Below, piece after piece: positions 52,801-64,000 of a DNA stretch of 64,000 nt. This DNA is from Octopus sinensis (taxonomy: Eukaryota), in the NCBI RefSeq assembly GCF_006345805.1, contig NC_042998.1, positions 125,550,001-125,614,000 of the forward strand, in the 5' to 3' direction. Under the pieces are notes generated by a model. That model saw only the letters and a program-made list of their open reading frames with translations, was not told the DNA's origin and searched no databases. A program made the position numbers and the translations under genes. Position 1 is the stretch's first letter; every line of letters starts with the position of its first letter.

Positions 52801-53024
52801 GGGCATGCAGGTGACATGCACACAAGCGGAAGAAGATTGCGACCCTCTCGATCGTGGAAGCCGTGAATGCAGGATGTGTCAGAGCTTTGTCAAAGTGAGG
52901 GAAAGTAGCTGCTATTTTTAGTGTTTCAGGACAGGCCACGTGGAAGGATACATTACCACTCGACAGGTCTGCGCCAATGAAGAGAAGGTAGGTGTCTTAC
53001 TTCTAATCTCCCACATTCACTACA
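49868..53024 (+). mobile_element. Decayed Ty3/Gypsy LTR retrotransposon
   Basis: TGT...ACA ends and TSD tcaat (49863-49867 / 53025-53029). 3' LTR at 52758-53024 preceded by a purine-rich tract. Partial 5' LTR 49868-49999. Domain order: gag knuckles (50240-50335), protease ALMDMG, RT remnant (CIDNIL), RNase H (CDASS), integrase (HH-CC, LAVDVT, DNG, SNGIVER). Confidence 0.92.
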
Positions 53025-53705
53025 TCAATATAAGAAGTCAAAATGCTTGCAACATTTAGATACTTTCTGAGTTCTAATCCTGGTAAGATAAACTTTACCT
53101 CAAAGTTTATAAGGTGAAGCATCAATCAAGTAATGGAATCAATTTAATATAGCTAAAAGAATTCTGGGTGTGAATGAAATAATAATAGACATCAGTATCA
53201 TATGAAGATGTTACTTAACCCCAGGTCAACCTTGATTGAACATATTTATAGCAAAGGCTTTCCAGCTGTCCCAAATTTTTCAGACATAGTGCATCTAGGA
53301 TTACAAGGGTGTTCTGTGAGGAAGATTGGCAGCTACTTCTTATTTGAATGGAAGTGTAGCACAAATTAACTCAATTTGATGCCAATAAAAACAAACAGAA
53401 TACGAGTTTTTTTTTTTTTTTTACAAATGCTTATTGAATTATATCCAGAAGAGTCTTTAATTGATTAGATATTGTCTTGAAGGATAATCAGCTAATTCAT
53501 TCACCTTTGCAAAAGAGATTAACATTTGTTATATTAAATGATTTGCTCTTCATATTCTGATATTATAGGTCCTGTTTTGCTAGACCCAGTGAAGAGTGTA
53601 GCAATAAATGTATCATTTTTAGTACACAAAGTTGCTACCACAGACACAGTTACTAGTCTGGCACATTTATAATCAGAGTGATAGTCATTTTTGATTTCAG
53701 TTTAT

Positions 53706-53911
53706 CCCTTCAGCATATCAGGCCAAAATATTCTACCTGTTTTATGTTCAAACTAGCCAGATTCAGCCTATCACACTTACCCTTCAATGTCATTATAAAA
53801 TATACAATCACATCATCAAAATTTTGAAGCTACAAAATCATGCATGATTAATTAAAAATAATTTGAATGTAAAAGTATTACATTTGGCAGAATAATCTGA
53901 ATGCTAAAGGG
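53706..53911. mobile_element. piggyBac-like MITE
   Basis: TIRs cccttcagcat / atgctaaaggg with degenerate TTAA-like flanks (ttat / ttgt). A partial relative starts ttaacccttt at about 13763. Confidence 0.68.
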
Positions 53912-56900
53912 TTGTAGCATGTGCCCAAAGCCATTCATTACACTATAGAAATAGATGAAATCAAGAGGTATTTTCAGGAATAAAAAACATCTAGTTTTAG
54001 ACGATAGTGATTTGATAAAACAGAAAATTATATAATGGTCATGGAAGTGAATTATTTAAAAGGTAGGAATAAGAAGTATATGAGGTGACCACAGTAAATG
54101 AGAGATGTCTGTTTGTAATGAATGAAAGGGGACGGGGCAAGAGAGATTGATTGGGGTGATTGGTGGTGGAAGTAAGAACTCACTGTATAATGTGAATTAA
54201 GCAAATTGTTTATGGGTTTGGAGCTTTGGTTATGCAGGTGTGCACATGCACACACACTTACACACTATTGCATTTAACTCCATTATAATGGTTTCAAATT
54301 TTGGCACAAAACTAGCAGTTTTTGAGGCGAGGGAGAAGTCATTTACATGGACTCAGTACTTGACTAGTACTTATTTTATTAATCCTGAAAGGATGAAAGG
54401 CAAAGTCAACCTCAGTGGAATTTGAACACAGTATGTAAAAACATGAAATGTCACTATGCATTTTTTCTGGCATGCTAATGATTCTGTCAGCTCATCATCT
54501 TATTTAACTCTATTAGAATAAGTGTTATGAGCATTTGCTATAAACTTTTAAGAGAAAAGTTGGGTATAAAATTCAGGACAAGTTGGGTATAAAATTCAAG
54601 GTGTTGTTTTTTACTTAGTCAAATTGAAACAAGTGCATCTTAGACAATCTTATCTATGACAGAAAAGAAAGAAAAAAATTTAGTCACACACCATCTGTTT
54701 CTTCTTCAATATATACAGTTTGTCCAACAGTGAGGGGTAAAGTCTTTTCTGCAGTGCCATGATAGCTGTAAATCACTGAAAAAAAGAAAATGGAAAGAAA
54801 AGGAATATTAATAAATTTTAAAGGTATCACTGGGATCAAACCAATTATGCTATCACATAATAATCTCTTTCTTCAAGCATTGTCATTGTCATTATTAATA
54901 ATAATGTATATCCCTGTTTAAATCAAAGGATATAATTATCTCAACACAAAGGTGTCAAAAATTATTCTCTTTATGTATGATTTAATACAAAGAAATGTAA
55001 AAAAAAAAGAAATCTTAAAACATATAATCAGCTCAGAATGATAATATCAATATGATTCAACCAGATGTTTTCTATTTAAATATTCTGAACTTTACATGGC
55101 AACATTTCTGACAGATCGTCTTCACATCCAATTTCTCTAGGATAGCATGGAAGAAAAAAAGGAAAAAGAAATTTCTATCATCTGTGCATTTGTTTCTTTA
55201 CAAATGATTTAGATAAGAAGCTGTGCGAAGGTTTCAGCTTCATTCCAAGCATATATACTTTATTCCAAATCCACTAATTCTATCTCCTTTCGGAACACTT
55301 TTCAAGACAAATCTAGCAATAAGAATAAACCAGATCATTTTAATCTTCAACTGACATTTCACATATGAAAATCCCTAGCTGATGAAGATCACTTTTGTCA
55401 CTAAATCAAGGAGTAAAGGATAAGATTCAAGCTAATAGTCTCTTTCAATTCCTTCTTGTACCAAAGAAAATATTGGCATTCCTGCAGATGTTTTTCTCTA
55501 GAAAAGAAAACAGCAGTCGACTATGAATTCCAATGGGAAATGATCTTACAGAAAAATAAACTTGGTTTTGTCTTTCAGAAGAGAAAATACGGGAGGTGGG
55601 GGGGAATAATGAAGTTATGGATATCTCAATAAGATTAGGATGTGTTAAATGTAGGTGACACTTCTAGTAAAGTTCAAAGGTCACCTAAGACATGAAGAAT
55701 AACAATGTTTTGAACACAATGTTACTATTTTACCAAATGTTATATCTAGAAATATTTTCTTCAATTATTTTTATCAAGAGAAAACAATACAACAATTGTT
55801 TGATATCTCAAAATTGTATTATATATCCTAACATAAGACAATCAAATCTGCCTGGCCATATCAAATATCACTAAGATGTGACTATAAGAATAAACTGCTA
55901 TAATAGCAGTTTGAAGTCATGTTGATTCTGGCTGCTTTTCAGTATTTTACATATACTTTTTCCCAACACAGGCATGAAATATTTACATAGATATTCTTGC
56001 AGGAAATATGTTCCCCATATGGCTACTTTGGATACTGTTACTCACAGCTGAAAAAAACTTAAAGTGTCATATTGTCATCTGAAGGATCAATGGTTTTTAT
56101 TTTTGTCAATAATAATGTGTTGTATTCATGATAAAAAGAAGAAAAAAAATTCCACCTTCCAGCCCAGTTCACTAAGATGTGAGTAGACATTATGAAATGT
56201 ACAGCATACTGCTGCAAACAGTGGGAACACTGTGAAATTAATAACTGTTTTCAGAGCTGAGTTCAAATTTTATTTTATTTTAGACTTGATATAAAGGGAG
56301 TGGTTAGTAAATTCTTAGATTTACAAATTATTATTAATTCTTTCAAACTGGTGATGGGTGGTCTAGATGTTCAGTAGTTATATAATCCTGTTTGCATATT
56401 CCAAAATTTCTCCTGAAAAATTGTATTAACCAACACCTATGTATAGTTTAAAACATGTAAGCTCTTGCAGAAACAAATTGCTCTACAGTTATCATTCATT
56501 TAATGCATTCTCACAGAATAACAAACTAATGGTAGGTGGAGCTATGTAAAACTAACATTGCTATTACTCATTTAATACTCAACCTATGCAATAACTGACT
56601 ATACACCTTTGTATATATTGAGTAATTTAATGCTTTTGTACAAAAGAAAATTTCACTGTGTGTGTAAGCACAAGTAAAGTAACTTGGGCCAAACAAAGTC
56701 TTGTCAGGTGGTAAATGAAAAAATCCTGTCGTGCTTGCATTTGTGCTTTCACAGATGTGTGAAATAGCAGATTCCTTAAAAATAGGTAAGAACATAAAAC
56801 ACCTCAATAATATATTAATCATACAAGCATGGAAAAATGGACGTAAAATGAACAGATATAGCATTTCCTGCATGAATGTAAGACATGTAATGCAAACCTA

Positions 56901-57114
56901 AGATATATACAGAATGCAAAAAAAAAAAAAAAACCAACAAAAAAAAAACTTTAATATAAAATCTTTTCATTTTCGTGAGACAGCTGAAAAGAGGATCCAA
57001 ACATGCTATATATACTCTACGTCAGTTAAATGGTTTTCATTTTTAAAACTGCATGTCCTAGCTTAAGTACCAAGAATCACTCCAGATTTTATGTGTGTGT
57101 GTGAGGGAGAGGGC

Positions 57115-57145
<31 letters not shown>

Positions 57146-57729
57146 TGTGTGTGTGAGTGTACGTGTAAGTGAGAGAGAGAGAGCATCTTTACAAGTAGTA
57201 CTCAATATTAATATGACTGATACTTCTAAATTACAACTGGGATTGGTTTTCAGGAAAAGAACTTTACAACATATACTGTGTGTCTGTATGGATGAATGTG
57301 TGTGCGTGTGTGGATAATATATAAGAATACTATTATCTGAATTTTTTTCCCTTGTAATGGCTCAATCAGAGGAGAAACTATCCTCATATTGGAGACCTAC
57401 TTGCAACAAAGTGAATTCCACTAACGGTATCCAAGAACTATATTGTGGTGTGAAACTGGCTGACATTTGAAGTGAAGCACTCATAAATAGAAACAGTGTC
57501 TCTAATAGGCTTCCATAGTTTCTACTTATTAAATTTTCTTCACTAGGCTTTGGCAAAAGTCAGCCAAGAGTATGCAGTGAGATCAAATGCAAAGTAAACT
57601 TAACTGTATGATCATAACTGTCCATACGTTTATCCCCGATATCAATTTAGCAAACAGGTTTAGAAGAAGTGGTTGATACATAAAATACTTTTACCTTGTT
57701 ATAGTAGAATTTTCAATATTTTACTTTTC

Positions 57730-58425
57730 TCTGAGCAAGAAAAACTGTTAGACAAATTAAGTTTCACATGACAATGAAACATGGGCTATGACTACTGTGG
57801 ATATGTGAAGGCTTGAAAGAGATGAAGCCAGTATGTTCTGATGAATGTGTGATGTCAGTGTACAAATATGACAGAGTGTAAGTGATTTGAGAGAAAAACT
57901 GGGTATACATAGTATCAGATGTAGTGTGCAAGAGAGAAGACTGTGCTGGTTCAGCCATTTGATGCATATGGATGAAGATAGCTGCATCATGTGGTGATGA
58001 TCTTAAATTGTAGAGGGAACTTGTGGAAGGGGTAGACCCAGAAAGATGTGGGACAAAGTAGTGAGACAGGATCTACAGATGCTAGGGTGCACAGAGGGGA
58101 TGGCAGGGGACTGAGCCTCCTGGTGGTTTACTGTACTTGAAAAGATACATTAAGCTAAGTAAAAGTGTGGATATTCTTGCATAGAGGCTGTCCCCTACAT
58201 CCCTCCCCAGCTGAGCATTCCTAACCTTGCAGGCTCATGGGTGCTGGTGCTGCATAAAATCACCCAGTACACTCTGTAAAATGGTTGGCATTAGAAAGGG
58301 TATCCAGTTGTAGAAATGATGCCAAAACAGACATGGAGCCTGGGCAGCTCTTCAGCTGGCCAGTTCTTGTCAAACCATTCAACCCATGCCAGAATGGAAA
58401 ACAGACATTAAATGATGATGATGAT
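57730..58425 (+). mobile_element. Old RTE 3' fragment with tail
   Basis: Decayed ETWAMT, EASMF, RLCWFSH and GTCGRGRPRK motifs, then the tail and (gat)n. Confidence 0.8.
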
Positions 58426-58839
58426 TGATTGAATGTTAAGTTAAAAAGAATTGATGCCTTCAAAAGTTATTTCTTACCAACAAAGCTAGCAAGACTTTAG
58501 AGTTATTTGCATATCTTTAAATATTGATACAAGGCCCAATCCTTGTTGCAGTAGGGTAGTTTGTGTGTTACAATAAACCTGGGAGCTATGCCAGTGGAGA
58601 GCAAGCTCCTGATAGAGCACTCACGTGAAACAAATCAAAGGATAGAGGCTAGACTAATATGGACCACTTCTTCCCAAAATGAAAACTGAGTTTACATGGG
58701 CCAACACTCCTAGGTAACTAAAGACAAAGTTACAGAAGCATCAATCACAATTCAAAACCAACAAAAACTGGGAGTGGAAGACCTTCCCTTAGGGAAACAT
58801 GCAAGGTGCAGCAATATTTGAAAGTAAACCAACATTTTG

Positions 58840-59045
58840 CACTACACATAGGCTTTGACCTGGAATCCACAGGGAAGCAGAAGAGAGGACACCCTAAAAT
58901 TGTTAGAATACTACAACAGGATTGAAAAAGCAGGGATCTGGTTGGAAAGAAGCAGAAAAAACAGCCCAGAGTCAAGAACAGTAGAGAAGTGTCATCAAAG
59001 AGTCATCCATAGGGAGCAAAGGTCTTAAGTACATGTCAAGTACAT
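58840..59045 (+). mobile_element. 3' end of a second RTE-like family
   Basis: ALTWNPQGKQKRGHP motif and a short cttaagt..caagt tail. Confidence 0.65.
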
Positions 59046-60842
59046 AATAACATATGATATGTTATTAAAAAATAATAATTACAGATTCATGAGTGCTTTT
59101 AATGACTACTATGATGTAGCCTTGATACACAATCCCAGATTAAACGATATAAATAACAATTTCTTATATAGGCATAAAACCACAAAATATTTCAGGGAGG
59201 GCATAATCAACATTAACTAGTACTTACTTTATCTACCCTAGAGGATGAAAGACAGAGTAGACATTAGTGGAATTTAATTCAGAATGCAGACAGATATTAC
59301 TAAGTACAACAAAGCATTATATCTGGCACTCTACTGATTCTGCCATCTACTAACCTAACAACAATAAAGTCAAACAAAAATCCATTTTAATTGAAACATA
59401 GTTGTTTATAAGCATATAAGCCTCTAAAGGACAATTTATTCATGTACAAATGAGGGAAGAAAAAAAGGAAGAAGTGGAGCAATGAGATTCCAATTCAGAG
59501 ACCTGAACCATTATGTAAGTCAATTATTCTTGGGTGTGTTTTATAGGAAATAAAAAGATACCAATATATAATATTCAGTACAAATTATATGAAATTACAA
59601 GGAAGAAAGTATTATTAAATATTCCAGATATACTTATAGGTTTTTAACTTGCAACTTTGAAAGTCTCTGAAGAGAAAAATATTATTTTGTACACTATGAA
59701 ATAGTTTGCAATACTTAGAAATAAATATTAAAAGTCAAACAAATCAAAATTATGTTACAATGTTCATAAATTTTCTTAAATGTTGATTTTTAATGAACAG
59801 CAAGTAACATATATAAAAGTAGTAGAGTTGAAGAGAAGATGAATACCACCAATCTATTAGGGCTGATTTTAACTGACTAAATGTAGGTCTTTTTGTTGGG
59901 GGCTGATTGTGCCTAATAAAATAAAATAATTATTTCGTAGTGCAATAAATTTCCTAAAAGAAAAGTCTCCTATTTAATAACAGAAGTTCCATATCTTTCT
60001 ATTAAGTATATGTATTTTGTGTATGTATGTGTATACATATGATAATTTTTTTTTTTAATAAATTAATCTGTTATCCAAGGTGAGAGGCAGTACTTTACTT
60101 TTGCAGGCTGATGAGATTGATATAGATGACAAACTTGAAAACCCCCAAGTCAATGTCTGTGGGAGAATATTCCAGAAGATAGCAGAAAGGCTGTGAAGTG
60201 TTTTGTGTATAGTTTAGGGAGATAAAGCACTAAGCGTGATAGGAGAAAGAAAGACAATTGGGTTAGATAAGATGTGGAAACAGTACACAGTTAGCTAGTT
60301 CAGAAGAGCAGATGGCAACTGGAAAGAAGAGAAAGCAGCATGTGTCCATGTTTTTATGGTGAGTGAATTATTGCCAAATGACCATTTTAGAAACGTTGCC
60401 TAAGATGTTTGTGAATGTGTAGCAGAAACATTGTTCCTAAGAAATGGATAATACACAGGGCAAAAAAAAAAGGAATCAGTCTTTGTAATGTAGTTTTGAT
60501 AATGTTACAAGTCATCAGAAGAGAAAGGGAAAGTGAAATAGTTAAAAAAAATAACCAACACAGGACAGTGTGAGATGTAATCCCAAAGTTTTTCTTGATA
60601 TGTGAAGATATTATATCTCAGTCTTATAGAGCCTATGATATTATATAGCCAAGCTCATTGTTTACATATATATTTACGAACAGATTGCTCATATATTCTC
60701 TCTCGCTCCACACCCACAATTTTTAATGTTTAAGAATATTCTTGCAAATATATGACTTCTTCAATTGTTAAATAATAATATTTAATTTTGTTTTTTTTCT
60801 AAACCAAAATTCAATGGAAAACTCTATATGTATATATAGATA

Positions 60843-60910
60843 TTGAGTTATCCCACAGATGATGTGGTTTTTTCAATTGCATGAACTAAAGTCGGAGGGG
60901 ACAAGATAAA
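60843..60910 (+). mobile_element. Mariner left-end fragment (same family as 2842)
   Basis: TA + ttgagttatcccacagatgatgtggttttttcaattg...ggggacaagataaac aligns with 2842-2910. Confidence 0.78.
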
Positions 60911-61125
60911 CAGCCTCGGATTGTCTGAGTGGTACACAAGTAATGGTTTGAGCTCAAAGTCTCCACCTGCATTACCACATAGCAAAAGAGTCAGTCTGTC
61001 CTTCACTGGTTTGTGTCCTGGTAATACTTTCTCCTCTTAGGTGATGCATATCCTCCTTGGCATTTTTCTCCAGAAAAGACTGGTTTCATCACAGTTAAAC
61101 ACTTGCTGAGAAAGAAATTCTTCAA
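60911..61125 (-). mobile_element. Tigger/pogo transposase DDE fragment
   Basis: Reverse translation QQVFNCDETSLFWRKMP...[17 protein letters not shown]...[12 protein letters not shown]. Confidence 0.88.
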
Positions 61126-62685
61126 CATCGTCATCATCGTTTAACGTCTACTTTCCATGCTAGCATGGGTTGGACAATTTGACTGAGGTCTGGCAAACCA
61201 GATGGCTGCACCTGACTCCAATCTGATCTGGCATAGTTTCTATAGCTGGATGCCCTTCCTAACACCGACCACTCTGAGAGTGTAGTGGGTGCTTTTACGT
61301 GCCACCGGCACTAGGGCCAGTTAGGTGGTACTGGCAACGGCCATGCTCAAATGGTGCTTTTTATGTGCCACCTGCACAAGAGCCAGTCCAGTAGCACTGG
61401 TAACGACCTCGCTCAAATGTTTTTTTCACGTGCTACCAGCACAAGTGCTAGTAAGGCAACGCAGGTAATGATCACGCTCGAATGGTGTTTTTAACGTGCC
61501 ATCGGCACAGAGGCCAGCTTGTTGCTCTGGCAACAATCTCACTCGTATGGTACTCTTAGTGCTCCACTAGCATGGATGCCAGTCATCGATTTCAATTTCA
61601 CTTGCCTCAACAGGTCTTCGCAAGCAGAGTTTAGTGTCCAATGAAGGAAAGGCACGCATAAGTGGACTGGTTACACCCCTGGCATAGGCCACAAGGTTAT
61701 GGTCTCACTTGTGCTTGCCAAGTCTTCTCAAGCACAGCATATTTCCAGAGGTCCCGGTCACTAGTCATTGCCTTGGTGAGGCCCAATGTTTAAAGGTCAT
61801 GCTTCACCACCTCATCCCAGGTCTTCCTGGGTCTACCTCTTCCACAGGTTCCCTCAACTGCCAAGGTGTGGCACTTTTTCGCACAGCTATCCACATCCAT
61901 TCTCGCCACATGACCATACCAGCGCAGTCGTCTCTCTTGCACATCACATCTGATGCTTCTTAGGTCCAACCTTTCTCTCAAGGGACTAACACTCTGTTGA
62001 GTATGCACACTGACATTACACATCCATCGGAGCATGCTGGCTTCATTCCTTGCGAGCTTACACATGTCCTCAGCAGTCACAGCCCATGTTTCACTGCAAT
62101 TCTAGCAGCTACACTTTTGGTGCACCCTCCCCCTCTACTGACTTGGTCACCTAGGTAATGGGAGCTATCAACTACTTCTAGTTTTTCTCCCTGGAATGTG
62201 GTGGAAGTTGTTCTCTTCACATTTTCAGTGTTATTTATAGCTCTCGAGCATCTGCCACATACAAAAACTATCCTCCCATATCCTCCCAGTTAGTCACCTT
62301 TACCTTTGTAGCAGTTGACTATTATGCTGTTACACCAGTCAATGGGCATGACTCCTTCATGTATCACCTGGTTAACTACATGGGTGACCAGGCTATACCT
62401 GACACTGCCAGATATTTTGAGCATCTGTACAGTAATTCCTGATGGGCTGGAGGTTTTCTTAGTCTTCATATTTTTAATTGCTTTATCTACCAAGGTACTG
62501 TCAACTCGGATAGCTGGTCCCTCTGTTGGGTCAACATTCGGCAGATTCTCTTTCTCCCATTCATTTTCTTTATTCAGCAACCTTTCGTAGTGGCATCTCC
62601 AAACCTCTCTCTTTGCAGCCCCATTTAGCTCAAGAGAATCATCATCCATGCAGACACATTTCTCTCCTACAACATCATGATTCTC
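61126..62685 (-). mobile_element. RTE LINE with internal deletions, inserted in the Tigger element
   Basis: Homologous to the 26583 copy. About 740 bp including YADD is missing at ~62295 and about 115 bp at ~62100. (gat)n tail at 61126. Confidence 0.9.
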
Positions 62686-63439
62686 TGTAATTACTAAAAT
62701 CATGCACAAGTTTCTTAGCAGCTTCTTGGTTAACACTTGCAGCTTCCCCATGTCTAGCCACACTGTGTATGCTAATTTTTTTCTTAAAATTCTCAAACCA
62801 CCCTCTGCTAGCTTGGAAAACATTAATATCAGTACTGATATGAGGATATTTTCCTACCAGGTCATCATGCAATTGTTTTGCTTTTTCACAGATGATACTC
62901 TCAGAAATGCAGAATGTTTCTGGTTATTCCAAATCAGCAGCAATTTCTTCAATTATTCAATCATTTGTGATCTTTGTTTAGTAAGAACTGTAACTCCTCT
63001 TGCAACATTGGCTCTTTATTTTTGAGAATAGTACAAATCATTGATTTTGACATACCAAACTGCGTAGCAAGATTAGAGACATGAACAACATTATCATGCC
63101 TGACTATAATTTCTTTCTTCACCTCTATCAGAATTCCTTTCTTTTCACTTGGCTATCATTATCATTCTTTGGTCCCATGGTATCTTATCTAATAATTTAT
63201 AAAACGAAACACAAACCAATCAAATTCAAGAGAATGCATAGTGAATTTGAGCAGAGATATGCACTGAGCTAGACAACAACTGATGCTCTCCAGCTGATCC
63301 TCCCAGCTTGTCCCCAACTACTGTTTCCAGTTTGCATGCTTGTTACACCATTTGTCACCAAAGATATTTTATGTTAAAAAAAATTGTTTGTAAATTGATT
63401 TGCTCATCATGAGAGGTGTTGTGAACTGAGTTTCTACTG
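62686..63439 (-). mobile_element. Tigger/pogo 5' half (TIR plus CENP-B-type HTH region, pseudogenised)
   Basis: TA + cagtagaaactcagttcacaac TIR. ATG at 63178 (MGPK...), then KSMICTILKNKE and FQASRGWFENFKK...RHGEAAS. Confidence 0.87.
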
Positions 63440-64000
63440 TATATTCATCTATTTTTCACATTTTATTTTCCACAACATCACTGAATATTGACAAACTTTA
63501 TAACTACAACATTTGTGATCATATTTTTACAATTTAATAATTTCTATATTTTCCTTTAAGAATTATTGTTTGGAGGTTTGAATATATGCATGATTTAAAC
63601 ATTTGCAATATCTATTGTTATTATTAATTTTCCTTTATTACATTTAATGTTTTATTCAACAAGTCCTACAATATACATTTTATATTTTGAAAACATTTCT
63701 CATGCCTTTTCATTAATAATATATTAATTTTTACTAACTTCTTCAAATTTTTTATCTTAAACTCTTATTGTTTTCTTTCTATATTGCCCTTGTTTGGTTT
63801 AGCCAATGTAGTGCTTTTGAATATTTAATAATATAATTAATTGTAACTTTGTCATTTAAAGTCTTGCATCTTATATTTTGACAATTTTCATAACGAATTA
63901 CTGTTTTAGTTTTCTAAGCTTCATTTTCAGTTCTTGCTTTCCTAAATTTCATTTCTTAACACTATAAACAGGAATTGACTTCAGTTTAAATTTAGGTGCA

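Noticed and set aside
57362-57556. 64-aa ORF as the possible missing SH3 exon
   Set aside because: No YNY/IGDTVHI-like motif, and its 5' part is a decayed SINE.

Overview
AT-rich, microsatellite-dense eukaryotic DNA. The repeat families and composition look like a coleoid cephalopod (Octopus-like); this is inference, not a database result. The window holds 12 consecutive coding exons of one minus-strand DOCK-A family gene (DOCK1/2/5, Myoblast city/CED-5-like Rac GEF). All have GT-AG boundaries and join in frame (1022 nt, about 340 codons), running from the second half of the SH3 domain (40733) to ...KGQGVWVSIKVLEGDSQQ (264). I did not find the first SH3 exons, so they probably lie beyond 64000, and the gene continues below base 1. 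The introns contain: a decayed mariner; a hAT MITE with an 8-bp TSD; a piggyBac-like MITE; a Tigger/pogo element split by a LINE; a decayed Ty3/Gypsy LTR element with a 5-bp TSD; many RTE LINE pieces (one young and nearly intact, about 14 3' tails); and several tRNA-derived SINE families. The most unusual observations are: (1) a 104-bp palindrome that reads as a decayed minimal type I hammerhead ribozyme on both strands; (2) a TSD-flanked insertion made of an inverted SINE piece plus that SINE's downstream flank, copied from about 1.2 kb away; (3) a complete C4HC3 PHD finger inside the RTE reverse transcriptase; (4) a second locally templated 105-bp insertion; (5) inverted repeat pairs that could fold the DOCK pre-mRNA. 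No stand-alone RNA genes, CRISPR arrays or prokaryote-type systems were seen. All alignments and counts were done by eye.
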